From IMG/VR virus record IMGVR_UViG_3300036940_000232: 64,000 nt of DNA, one strand, 5' to 3'. Positions 46,384 through 55,755 of this stretch are shown one piece after another. The stretch comes from a virus. The position numbers were made by a program, and so were the translations under genes. The notes below the pieces were generated by a model, which saw only the letters and a program-made list of their open reading frames with translations, did not search any database and was not told where the DNA came from. Numbering within the stretch: position 1 is the stretch's first letter; the number at the start of each line of letters is the position of its first letter.

Positions 46384-46457
46384 GCACGTATAGCTAAGCC
46401 TGGTAAAGCAGATGGTTGCAGACCATCGATTCCTCAGTTCAAATCTGGGTACGTGCT
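46384..46457 (+). tRNA. tRNA-Cys(GCA)
   Basis: Cloverleaf; U73. Confidence 0.9.
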
Positions 46458-46472
46458 TAAAGGAGGTCAAAT

Positions 46473-46787
46473 ATGGTAGACGTACAAGAAAGTACAGGAT
46501 TCATGCAAGAAAAAATGAGAGCGCATATAAAACACATTGCAAATCTTTATGGATATAAAATTGTGCGCGATTGTTCTGAGTACGGGTGCCAATTTGATAT
46601 AAAGGATAATACATTCTGGAGCTTCTTACGCAGAAGACATGGGTATTATGATATATTATGGGCCGGCCGTGGCGCAGATTATAAACCTACTGGATTCGAA
46701 ATTTATGGCGACTATGAAAAATTATCTACACTTGCACATCATCTTGAGAATGATGGATACATTGTTAAGTTTGTGAAAGACAGGTGA
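46473..46787 (+). CDS. Hypothetical protein
   Basis: AAGGAGGT RBS. Confidence 0.65.
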   Translation: MVDVQESTGFMQEKMRAHIKHIANLYGYKIVRDCSEYGCQFDIKDNTFWSFLRRRHGYYDILWAGRGADYKPTGFEIYGDYEKLSTLAHHLENDGYIVKFVKDR

Positions 46788-46860
46788 GCGGGACTAGCCA
46801 AATGGATAAGGCGTCGGTCTACGAAACCGAAGATTCTGGGTTCGACTCCTAGGTTCCGCG
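46788..46860 (+). tRNA. tRNA-Arg(ACG)
   Basis: TCGGT-CT-ACG-AA-ACCGA; cloverleaf. Confidence 0.9.
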
Positions 46861-46875
46861 TAACACTTCGTGTTT

Positions 46876-46947
46876 GTCCGCGTAGTCTAATGGATAGGCG
46901 CTGGTCTTCTAAACCAGCTCATGCGAGTTCGAATCTTGCCGTGGACG
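46876..46947 (+). tRNA. tRNA-Arg(TCT)
   Basis: Cloverleaf. Confidence 0.9.
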
Positions 46948-46949
46948 CT

Positions 46950-47021
46950 GTGGCTGAAGCAGAATAGCGATGCGTCGGGTTGTGATCCCGGAGGTAGCGG
47001 TTGCAAATACCGCCAGCCACC
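46950..47021 (+). tRNA. tRNA-His(GTG)
   Basis: Cloverleaf; C73; T-loop TGCAAAT. Confidence 0.85.
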
Positions 47022-47022
47022 T

Positions 47023-47175
47023 ATGTCTGTTGTAAAACAATTTCTTTTATATCTTTTTGCAATTATTGGTGTCGTTGCAGCCGCAGCGGTTGCCATCGTG
47101 CATTTAGTTGCAGCACATCCAGTGTTCTTTATCTTAGCGATATGCGCACTGGCACTTCTATTAGTATACGGATAA
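47023..47175 (+). CDS. Small membrane protein
   Basis: Hydrophobic; start moved downstream of tRNA-His. Confidence 0.45.
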   Translation: MSVVKQFLLYLFAIIGVVAAAAVAIVHLVAAHPVFFILAICALALLLVYG

Positions 47176-47297
47176 CTTTGGAGGAGAAATGCTTTCGAGA
47201 ATTCAAAAGCTAATACTTTTCCTGTAGCATTATACGGAGCAGTGGCGACAGTTGGATTAATTCCAGTATGCGGTTACGTTCTTAAGGAGAAACAACA

Positions 47298-47594
47298 ATG
47301 AATCTGTATGAGAAAATAAAAGAAGCAATACCAAATGCAAATGTTGAATTGAGTACTGTAACAGATAGGAAAGACCTTCCATTTGTAACCATCAATGATT
47401 CAGGGTCATATGGTGTATTTGTCTCTAGTCTCCCTGACACTTATGCAGAATGGGTTGAAGAACTTGAAAGTATAAAGGGAGATTTACAATGCGCCATGGT
47501 TGCATACGATGGCGAATCATCTGACGAACAGGAATGTTTCGAGGAAACAAAAGAGCTGGGCGGTAGTGTTCTGCTACTAGTCCAAGAAATATAA
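47298..47594 (+). CDS. Hypothetical acidic protein
   Basis: AGGAG RBS. Confidence 0.6.
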   Translation: MNLYEKIKEAIPNANVELSTVTDRKDLPFVTINDSGSYGVFVSSLPDTYAEWVEELESIKGDLQCAMVAYDGESSDEQECFEETKELGGSVLLLVQEI

Positions 47595-47608
47595 AGGAGG
47601 AAACCAAT

Positions 47609-47926
47609 ATGGGAGAAGGAACAAACGTAGGAATTCCATTCTTAGGAATTGCAGCAGCATTTGCATTCTTCATTTACGGTGGAATGGCTGGTGTATTCGG
47701 CATAATTATCTACACATTCCTAGTAGGACTTGTAGCAATCCTTGTCGGACTCATTCCGGGAATAGGATTTGTCTTTGCATACCTCATTAACACTGCAGTT
47801 GTAGTGCCGTGGGTGTTTGCATATACAGGAATAGCAGCGAGTTGGCTTACCACACTTATCCTTGTGATATATAGTGCAATAAGTTTATTCGTAAGTCTAT
47901 ATATCTTCAAAGAAGTTTGGGGCTAA
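47609..47926 (+). CDS. Multi-pass membrane protein
   Basis: AAGGAGG RBS; 3-4 hydrophobic segments. Confidence 0.65.
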   Translation: MGEGTNVGIPFLGIAAAFAFFIYGGMAGVFGIIIYTFLVGLVAILVGLIPGIGFVFAYLINTAVVVPWVFAYTGIAASWLTTLILVIYSAISLFVSLYIFKEVWG

Positions 47927-48261
47927 TGTGGCCTTCGGCCTCCCCAATATAGTATATGTCTCTAAGATATATAAACCTTTGGGTGGGCACAATTTTATTT
48001 ATCGAGGTGAATAAATGTTAGTAGAAATATTTTGCGGAATGATATTCCTAGGAATGTGTTGGGTATGCGCAGGAGAGCCTGATGCAAAGGATACACCAAA
48101 AGCATTCTATGATGGCGTTTCCGGCTTTGTAAAGAATGACATATTTGGTGCGTTCTCACAGAAGGAATAGACATGGATCCACTTTCAATAGGTTTAGCAT
48201 TTGCACTTGGCTTTGCAACGCTATTCCTTATATTTTGGTTATTTTTTACAGGAGATGGTAA

Positions 48262-48477
48262 GTGATGGAGCGTAAAGTCAAAGATAGACGTATTGTAAAA
48301 TGTCAGTGTACAAAATGTCCGAACGATTTAATGTATGTTGTAATGCACAATGGTGAAACTACATATACAAAATGGTACTTAGCGCAGTGTTCGGAATGTA
48401 ATTCAATGTTTGAAATTGAGGAAACAATCACACCAAAGGAACATCTGGAAAAACTAGCAAAGGTATGGTGTAAATAA
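48262..48477 (+). CDS. Small Zn-ribbon protein
   Basis: Cys clusters. Confidence 0.5.
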   Translation: MMERKVKDRRIVKCQCTKCPNDLMYVVMHNGETTYTKWYLAQCSECNSMFEIEETITPKEHLEKLAKVWCK

Positions 48478-48576
48478 TGCAAGAGAAACCTAAAGTTAAA
48501 TGTAGAAAATGTGGCGACAAGTTCGTACCTAGAAGATTACTTGACAGATATTGTGACATATGTCTGAGACAGATGA

Positions 48577-48813
48577 ATGAATAGACCTTTTAAAGATTGG
48601 AATTCATCTTACAACCAAGTGCTTCGTGAAACACTTATTCAAAAATACACACCTGATCCATTACTTACGCTGGTTGCAGTTCTGATAATTTTACTAGGTA
48701 CATTATTCATAGTATGTATGCTAATACTGGGTTTCAAAGCTGTGTTTGCAGCGACCATAGTTGGTATATGTATAACAGTAATCACGGCTCCAATCTTATG
48801 GTACATGGATTAA
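48577..48813 (+). CDS. Small membrane protein
   Basis: Two hydrophobic segments. Confidence 0.5.
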   Translation: MNRPFKDWNSSYNQVLRETLIQKYTPDPLLTLVAVLIILLGTLFIVCMLILGFKAVFAATIVGICITVITAPILWYMD

Positions 48814-48834
48814 AATTTAATTTTTGGTAAGAGC

Positions 48835-49344
48835 ATGGAAAGAGAAAATAAATATGTATGGGTTACATTAGAAGACGGTACACATAATGTCGAACATAGA
48901 GTTATAATGGAAGCTCATTTAGGGCGTAAGTTAGATACTGATGAAATCGTACATCACAAAAATCATATCAAGTGGGATAATAGAATTGAAAATTTAGAAG
49001 TCATGGATAGAGCTGAACATTCTAGAATGCATAGACCAGACGCAGAAATAGAAATTCTAATATGCGATTGGTGTGGCGAAGAAGTTGAAAAACTCGCTGC
49101 AGAAATGCGCTATGCTAGAAATCATGGTACTGATAAATTTTTCTGTAATAAAAGTTGCGCAGGTAAATTTAAATATTATATATTAGGATGCCAACCTCCG
49201 AGTCAAGCGACTCGTTCTGCTGATATAGATGACGCAATTATTCTACAAGAGTTAGCAAATGGGCTAACAGGATATAAAATATCACAAAAGTATGACTGGA
49301 ATAAAACTACAGTTTATACGCATATTAAGAAGCTTACACAGTAG
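48835..49344 (+). CDS. HNH endonuclease (HNH_3-like) with Zn finger and HTH
   Basis: EHR.IME.HLGR.L...EIVHH.N..K.DNRIENL. Confidence 0.9.
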   Translation: MERENKYVWVTLEDGTHNVEHRVIMEAHLGRKLDTDEIVHHKNHIKWDNRIENLEVMDRAEHSRMHRPDAEIEILICDWCGEEVEKLAAEMRYARNHGTDKFFCNKSCAGKFKYYILGCQPPSQATRSADIDDAIILQELANGLTGYKISQKYDWNKTTVYTHIKKLTQ

Positions 49345-49419
49345 TGCCGTAGGCTAGCATAGGTCAATGCCACCAGACTTTGAATCTGGTATTCGTCGGT
49401 TCGAATCCGTCCGGCACTA
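49343..49419 (+). tRNA. tRNA-Gln(TTG)
   Basis: CCAGA-CT-TTG-AA-TCTGG; cloverleaf. Confidence 0.85.
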
Positions 49420-49584
49420 TTCAACTTTTTTAAGAAGCAAATAATTTTACACATGGAGAGCGGTAGCTATGGTCTTTTTATCGAAGTCACTATAATCATG
49501 TAAATGCGTATGACGAATCTAAGGTGAACTCAATTTTCAGAGGCACCGAAATCAAATCAATAAAAGAACTAAAGGTGATATAAA

Positions 49585-50241
49585 ATGGTGAAAGCATTAA
49601 CAGCAATCGTAGCAAAGTGGAACGCATGGAAAGACAAGAATGTTAACGTCGAGGAAATCCTGGAGCTTGACAAAGCAAAGTACAAGCAGAAGATTTCAGA
49701 CGCAAAGAGCAAGGTAATCAAGCTTGTTTCCGAGAAGGATTCCCTGATTACTACACACAAGGAATTCGAAGGCAGAATCTACAAGGCAAAAGACCTTGCT
49801 AAGAAGGCAGCCAAGAAGGGTGACGAAGCTGAAGCCAAGAAGTATCTTGTAAAGGCAGCTAAGCTTGAAGCAACTGCTAAGGATATGGCAGCGACAATCG
49901 CAGACCTTGAGAAGAAGGAAGAAATCCTGAAGCAGAGAGTCGGGGATATGGAAGAAGCACTTGAGATGCTCGATGCAAACAACATCTATATCAAGGCACA
50001 GCTCAGTGCAGCAGAAGTCAGCAAGGACGCTGCAGAAATGCTCACTGGAATGGGCGAGGATGACACTGACCTCAATGAAGTCCGTGACCTGGCCAAGGAG
50101 CGCACAAAGAAGCTCGAAAGCAGCGCTAAGGCAATGACCGATCTTGCAGATGAAGGATTCCTCAAGCCTCGTGTAGTTGTCGATACAGATGTCGACATGG
50201 ATGAGGTTGAGAAAGAACTCAAGAAGCTTATGAAAGAGTGA
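49585..50241 (+). CDS. PspA/IM30-like protein
   Basis: 218 aa long coiled coil with A.KA...GDE.EAK.YL pattern. Confidence 0.6.
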   Translation: MVKALTAIVAKWNAWKDKNVNVEEILELDKAKYKQKISDAKSKVIKLVSEKDSLITTHKEFEGRIYKAKDLAKKAAKKGDEAEAKKYLVKAAKLEATAKDMAATIADLEKKEEILKQRVGDMEEALEMLDANNIYIKAQLSAAEVSKDAAEMLTGMGEDDTDLNEVRDLAKERTKKLESSAKAMTDLADEGFLKPRVVVDTDVDMDEVEKELKKLMKE

Positions 50242-50245
50242 TTCC

Positions 50246-50539
50246 ATGCGCAGCCGCTGGAATTCTATAGAGAATAGAGCGGTAAGATCAGCGCTTAAAA
50301 GAGAGCTGGCAGCTAAGACCAGCTTTCTCAAATGGCGCCCAAATTTAAGACGGATAACCATCGATGATTGGATGGAGTTCTGGCTTAATGCAATGATGAC
50401 TTTGATGATAGGATTCTTATTCCTGTTATTAATAGTCATGATAATAGCAATGAAATGGGTAGGTATAATTGTAGCACTATTTGTGTTCCCAATTTTCCCA
50501 CTATTGCTATCTATATTAAAGGATATGTGGTTTGATTAA
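50246..50539 (+). CDS. Membrane protein
   Basis: Two hydrophobic segments. Confidence 0.55.
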   Translation: MRSRWNSIENRAVRSALKRELAAKTSFLKWRPNLRRITIDDWMEFWLNAMMTLMIGFLFLLLIVMIIAMKWVGIIVALFVFPIFPLLLSILKDMWFD

Positions 50540-50786
50540 CATGAAGTCATATAAGCAAAGATACTATGAAGTACTAGTGAAAGCAATCATTCGAGAAATC
50601 AAAGATGCAGTCACAAGTATTGATTATGTCGAGCTTATACTCAAAGGAGTAATACTTATCTACGCAATTGTTGTAGTAAGTGCGCTGATGAGTATGATAA
50701 TCGGCACAAAAGTTTTTGCGATGCTACCGCTCGCTGTATCGTCTATAATCATAATTGGAATAATTTCAATCATAAAAATTAAATAA
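50532..50786 (+). CDS. Membrane protein
   Basis: Two hydrophobic segments. Confidence 0.55.
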   Translation: MINMKSYKQRYYEVLVKAIIREIKDAVTSIDYVELILKGVILIYAIVVVSALMSMIIGTKVFAMLPLAVSSIIIIGIISIIKIK

Positions 50787-50799
50787 GGAGGAATTTTAC

Positions 50800-52353
50800 T
50801 TGGGTAAATTTAATAAAAAAGCAACATTAGAACAGTCAATGGCTAGGCATCCAGATGCAATAGTCAATCATGAAGGTGCCCTTGCGTATTCGATGTCTGA
50901 AAAGACAAAGCTGATGACCATTGCAGTTACGTGTCTGATTGGTGAATCAAAATTCTATGAGTCACCAGGCGCAGCAGATGCTAACCTCAGCAATGCAGTC
51001 GATGCAGTCCTTCGAACAGATCCAGAATTTGTATTAAAGTTAGCAGCTTTCTGCAGAAATCAGATGTATCTTAGATCACTTCCGATTTACCTGCTTGTGA
51101 AGTATGCAAACTATACCGGCCCACGAGTAGAAGTTCCCAATGCATCAGCATATGTGCCACAGATCGTAAGGCGCGCTGATGAACTGACAGAAGTAGTAGC
51201 AGCTCAGATGAACATGTATCCTAAAAAACGCAGGAAGTCTGGCGGAGTTCAGCTCCCAAGGATACTTAAAAACGGACTTGCTGAAGCTCTCAATAACTTC
51301 TCAGAATATAATCTCGCTAAGTATGACAGACCTGGCGATGTGAAAATCAAGGACGTTCTGTTCCTGACACATCCAAAACCAAAAGATGCAGCTCAGCAGG
51401 AAATCTTCGACAAGATTGCAGCAGGTATGCTTGACACACCTGAAACTTGGGAAGTCCTGTTGTCAGATTGGCAGTCAAAGTTCCCATCCAAGAGGGATGC
51501 ATGGATATATATCATTGATAATGTATTCAACAAAGATGGAAAGGTCAACAACTACATGGCGATGTTGAGGAACCTGAACAATATTCTGGAAGAAGATGTT
51601 CCTCCAAAATATATAGACAAAGTAGCAGAGATGTTACAGGATCCACAAGCGGTAAAGGCTTCAAAGCAATTCCCATACAGGTTCTTATCTGCATACAACA
51701 CAATCAAGTTTGCAAACAGAAGCAGAACAGAAGTAGATAAACTTAAGTCTGCTATTGAAAGAGCGCTCGATATTTCTGTCGAGAATGTTCCACAGTTACC
51801 AGGCAGCACACTTGTACTGATTGATGTATCTAGCTCAATGCAGGGTTGTACAGTCAGTAGGAAATCCGTTGTGAGATGTGCAGACATCGCATGTGTTTTC
51901 GGTGTAATGACTCCAAGAATCGTTGAGAAACTTCCAACAGTAGTTGCATTCGGAACTGATTACAGACAGATTCAGATTGCAGACAGCGACAGAATGCTTG
52001 AGACAGCCAATAAGATAATGAACCTTTCAATTGGTATGGGCACAAATCTTGCAGGCCCGCTTCAAGAAGTAACTAGAAAAGGTATTGTCTATGACAGAAT
52101 AATTATTTTGTCAGATATGCAGTGCCACAGGTACGGAGCGGAAGCGCTTGAGCAGTATCGCAGACAGGTCAATCCTAATGCATACATTTATTCTGTAGAC
52201 CTCTACGGATATGGAAGTGCATTGATGCCAGAAAATTCAAAGAATCTATGCCTAATGGGTGGATACAGTGATAAGATATTCAACTTCATCACTTCATTCG
52301 AAGCAAACCCAGCCACCATGGTTGAAAGGGTGGATGCATGGACGACGAACTGA
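50800..52353 (+). CDS. Ro60/Rsr RNA-binding protein (TROVE + vWA)
   Basis: N.EG..AY, R...YLRS.P, L.KY, TWE, Y.AMLRNL, QFPYRF.SAY and vWA DVSSSM...SDMQ; TTG start with AGGAGG RBS. Confidence 0.95.
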   Translation: MGKFNKKATLEQSMARHPDAIVNHEGALAYSMSEKTKLMTIAVTCLIGESKFYESPGAADANLSNAVDAVLRTDPEFVLKLAAFCRNQMYLRSLPIYLLVKYANYTGPRVEVPNASAYVPQIVRRADELTEVVAAQMNMYPKKRRKSGGVQLPRILKNGLAEALNNFSEYNLAKYDRPGDVKIKDVLFLTHPKPKDAAQQEIFDKIAAGMLDTPETWEVLLSDWQSKFPSKRDAWIYIIDNVFNKDGKVNNYMAMLRNLNNILEEDVPPKYIDKVAEMLQDPQAVKASKQFPYRFLSAYNTIKFANRSRTEVDKLKSAIERALDISVENVPQLPGSTLVLIDVSSSMQGCTVSRKSVVRCADIACVFGVMTPRIVEKLPTVVAFGTDYRQIQIADSDRMLETANKIMNLSIGMGTNLAGPLQEVTRKGIVYDRIIILSDMQCHRYGAEALEQYRRQVNPNAYIYSVDLYGYGSALMPENSKNLCLMGGYSDKIFNFITSFEANPATMVERVDAWTTN

Positions 52354-52610
52354 AAAAAGAATTCGTAAAAGTACTTTGGGCCGAATCAAACTACCATGAA
52401 GATGAGGTTGCACAGGACATTAGATTCCTAGCGACATCCGTCAAGAATAACATGGAAGTATTCGGACTAATGCTGAAATTAAGAAATGTTGGTCGTGGTC
52501 AACCACACACATTTCTTTTGGACGCAGTTGAGGCAACGTTTAAAAAAGATGATGAGCGTGCCAAATCATTGATCAAAAAATGGAAGGAGATGAGAAAGTA
52601 TGGAAATTGA
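52338..52610 (+). CDS. Hypothetical protein
   Basis: Overlapping start. Confidence 0.55.
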   Translation: MDDELKKEFVKVLWAESNYHEDEVAQDIRFLATSVKNNMEVFGLMLKLRNVGRGQPHTFLLDAVEATFKKDDERAKSLIKKWKEMRKYGN

Positions 52611-52959
52611 AGTAGGAGCAGCAATCGGGCCAGATGGTTTCCTAGCAAACAAGATAACAATAAAGTCAGGTGGCTTTAAGAAACTCGAATTACCAGAGGA
52701 ATATCTCAGAGGAGATTGTTTCTGGGTGAAGAAGGGTAAGAACGCAGCATTCATTCTGCGCTCAAGAGTCAACCCACTGACACAAGAGAAAACAGAAACC
52801 AGAAAGACAATCAAGATCCCGCTCGACAGAACGTTCACTGATGCACAGGTTGAGAGACTTGTAGCATTCATGCGTGAAGCCGGTGCTCGCCTTGTAAACA
52901 TCAGGACACTTATGGAATCAGGATTGCTTGAAACCGAACCAATAGTTGTCGAAATCTAA
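52600..52959 (+). CDS. Hypothetical protein, similar to 55756-56169
   Basis: Shared LP..Y...AG.RL..I pattern. Confidence 0.6.
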   Translation: MEIEVGAAIGPDGFLANKITIKSGGFKKLELPEEYLRGDCFWVKKGKNAAFILRSRVNPLTQEKTETRKTIKIPLDRTFTDAQVERLVAFMREAGARLVNIRTLMESGLLETEPIVVEI

Positions 52960-52968
52960 GGTGACAAC

Positions 52969-53229
52969 ATGAAGTTCAAATGGTACTTTTATGGTATCAT
53001 TTGTCTTTCTTATTTAATAATTCTACTTAAGATATTTTTAACAGGTATATTTATATCTGCATTCATAACAGAATGGATAGTCACAATTAGCGCAGTAATT
53101 GCCATATACGCAGGCATTGGAATAGCCATGTGGTTATGTCATCAATTAATGTTTGGTAAACTACATTACTGGATTCGAGATATCATGGAGGCGGACATAT
53201 CATGGAAGAAGAAAGACCAGAAGGATTAG
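52969..53229 (+). CDS. Membrane protein
   Basis: GGTGA RBS; hydrophobic. Confidence 0.55.
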   Translation: MKFKWYFYGIICLSYLIILLKIFLTGIFISAFITEWIVTISAVIAIYAGIGIAMWLCHQLMFGKLHYWIRDIMEADISWKKKDQKD

Positions 53230-53501
53230 TCATCGGTGACTTAGTTATACTAGCCACAATCCTTGTATTAGAAGTAATACAGATTAAGATTACATTCTTC
53301 GGATTCGTATTGTTCGGGCCAATTATAACTTTCTTATTCACATGTATTGTTGGCGGATTCACCTTACTAATCTTGGGATTAATTGCGCTGATTCTATTAG
53401 ATGAATGTTGCAAATGGATTGCTAAGAAGTATTGCGAATATATAAAACCAAAGGCGCGGGCTATCTGGTATTCAGAAGTAGAATGGAGAAAGACAGAGTA
53501 A
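53202..53501 (+). CDS. Membrane protein
   Basis: Hydrophobic. Confidence 0.5.
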   Translation: MEEERPEGLVIGDLVILATILVLEVIQIKITFFGFVLFGPIITFLFTCIVGGFTLLILGLIALILLDECCKWIAKKYCEYIKPKARAIWYSEVEWRKTE

Positions 53502-53539
53502 GTAATTTTTGAACAAAGATATTAAACTTAGGTGATGCA

Positions 53540-53800
53540 ATGATTCATAAAAAGTGTATGGCATGTCAGGAACCAAACGAATATCCTGATTATATAGATG
53601 AAACCTTTCTCACATCGTACACAGCGTCACTGAAAAAAGTTGGCGGCGATGAGTATGCAGAATCTATACTATCGCTGTATTTAATTTATTGTGAGATTGG
53701 TAAACTATGTTTATGCGTTCATTGTGCTAGGAAATTCCTACGCGAAAGAGAAGAATTGATAGGAAAATACGGAGGAGAAATGCGTGAGTTGCGATTGTGA
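53540..53800 (+). CDS. Hypothetical CxxC protein
   Basis: GGTGA RBS. Confidence 0.55.
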   Translation: MIHKKCMACQEPNEYPDYIDETFLTSYTASLKKVGGDEYAESILSLYLIYCEIGKLCLCVHCARKFLREREELIGKYGGEMRELRL

Positions 53801-54173
53801 ATATTGCTTTGATAATGGTGCATTTTACAGGTGCTCACTTACTCGCGAAGTAATAACAAAAGATTGTGATTTAAATGAATGCAAAGAGCTTGAACTTGCT
53901 CGCCTTAATAAAGGTATAAGGTTTAAACCAACAGTAGTTGGGTATAACGAGAACTTACATTATACAGAAAGAAATTCTACAGAAGTAATGATAGGGAGCT
54001 ATACATTTGAAGAGATAGCAAATAGCGCAGGATTTTATGAGAGATATGGTTGGATAATGTGTGTAGATGGAGAAGAAGTAAACCCTGAAGTGCGCCCACA
54101 TAAAAAATTCTATGAGTTACATATTTACGGCAGTTACATTTATATACATGGTTACAGGAGAGGCTACGAATGA
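53784..54173 (+). CDS. Hypothetical Cys-rich protein
   Basis: Operon context. Confidence 0.45.
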   Translation: MSCDCEYCFDNGAFYRCSLTREVITKDCDLNECKELELARLNKGIRFKPTVVGYNENLHYTERNSTEVMIGSYTFEEIANSAGFYERYGWIMCVDGEEVNPEVRPHKKFYELHIYGSYIYIHGYRRGYE

Positions 54174-54297
54174 ACCAATTACAAAAGAGTGTACACCTGG
54201 CGAAGGTCATGTGTATAAATATTCAACGATATCTCGTACAACATCAATGATTATGTTACGAGATTTCCCAAGACAAATATTCGAAGGAGGAAAATAA

Positions 54298-55749
54298 ATG
54301 GACGAATACAACCCAATACTGTATGCCGATGCATACAAAATTAGTCACCCAAAACAGTATCCAGGGAATCTGATGTATTTGAATTCCTATCTTGAAGCCC
54401 GCGTGCCAAATATAAACACCGTGTTCTTCGGTATGCAAATGCTGCTTCAAAGATATATGTCTACACCAATCACCAAAGAAATGGTTGATGAGGCAGAAAA
54501 GTTTTGGACTGACTATGGAATAGATTTCAGCCGCGAAGGTTGGGATATCATTGTGAATGAATACGAAGGCAAGCTACCTCTACATATTCAAGCTGTTCCA
54601 GAAGGAACTCGTGTTCCAACAGGAAATGTATTGGTGCAAGTGACTAACACTGACTCAAGACTCCCATGGCTTGTCAACTTTGTTGAGACAATGCTTATGA
54701 GCAATCTTTGGTATCCAACTACAGTTGCAACAGTCTCATTCGGCATTAAGTGTCTTATTAAAGATGCACTCGACCAAACCGGATGTGAAATAACAGACAT
54801 CATACTTCCATATAAGCTGAATGACTTTGGCTTTAGAGGAGTTTCATCAAAAGATTCTGCAGGAATTGGCGGAGCTGCGCACCTTACTAGCTTCGATAGT
54901 TCAGACAATGCAGAAGGTCTTATCTATGCGATGAAGTACTACAATGCTTCAATCAAGAATCTTTCAATCAACGCAGCCGAGCACTCTACAATTGGTGCAT
55001 GGGGCGAAGATGGAGAGATAGATGCATATCAGAATATGATTGACGCATTCTTTGGAGAAGGTAAGATTGTCGCGTGTGTAAGTGACACATATAATCTGTG
55101 GAATGCCATAGATATGTGGGGCACAGAACTGAAGGATCAGATAATCGAATCTGGCGCATGTCTTGTAGTCCGCCCAGATTCAGGTGACCCAGTAGAAATT
55201 TCACTGCTAACTATCAAATCACTAGCGGTTCATTTCGGGTATACCACAAATGAAAAGGGATACAAGGTTCTACCAGATTGCATTCGCGTAATCTATGGAG
55301 ATGGAATCAACATGACATCAATCGCCGCTATCATTAACAATATTATTAATGATGGATGGGCCGCAGAAAACATCACATTCGGAATGGGCGGCGCACTTCT
55401 GCAGCAGGTAAATCGTGACACCTTCGGTTTCACATACAAAGCATGCGAAGGTATTTATGATACAATAGAAGGAGAAGTTGCGTTCGATATCTATAAAGAT
55501 CCAATAACATCTGGTGGTTCAAAGACATCAAAGCGTGGCAGACTTGCACTCATCATTAATGAGGAAGGTAAGTATGAGACAATTCGTGAAGATGAGATGG
55601 AATCTCCGGAGCAAAATATCCTAGAAGATGTATATCTTGATGGTGAAATTGTAAAGGAAGTTACATTCGATGCGATTCGCGAGACAATAAACAAGGAAGT
55701 AGATGCACAGATAGCCCTGCTAAGACAGGCATTTATCAATAAGGAGTGA
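54298..55749 (+). CDS. nadV: Nicotinamide phosphoribosyltransferase
   Basis: DAYK.SH..QYP, DFG.RG, AAEHS, VSDTY, VRPDSGDP, GDG and FGMGG.LLQ.VNRDT. Confidence 0.95.
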   Translation: MDEYNPILYADAYKISHPKQYPGNLMYLNSYLEARVPNINTVFFGMQMLLQRYMSTPITKEMVDEAEKFWTDYGIDFSREGWDIIVNEYEGKLPLHIQAVPEGTRVPTGNVLVQVTNTDSRLPWLVNFVETMLMSNLWYPTTVATVSFGIKCLIKDALDQTGCEITDIILPYKLNDFGFRGVSSKDSAGIGGAAHLTSFDSSDNAEGLIYAMKYYNASIKNLSINAAEHSTIGAWGEDGEIDAYQNMIDAFFGEGKIVACVSDTYNLWNAIDMWGTELKDQIIESGACLVVRPDSGDPVEISLLTIKSLAVHFGYTTNEKGYKVLPDCIRVIYGDGINMTSIAAIINNIINDGWAAENITFGMGGALLQQVNRDTFGFTYKACEGIYDTIEGEVAFDIYKDPITSGGSKTSKRGRLALIINEEGKYETIREDEMESPEQNILEDVYLDGEIVKEVTFDAIRETINKEVDAQIALLRQAFINKE

Positions 55750-55755
55750 GTAAGT

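Noticed and set aside
46921-47022. 5' extensions of ORFs running through tRNA genes (also 42271 and 41449)
   Set aside because: tRNA stems leave open frames by chance; better starts lie downstream.
42942-49344. Further endonuclease-containing tRNA introns
   Set aside because: The tRNAs flanking the 42942, 44080 and 48835 endonuclease genes are complete, so these genes are free-standing.
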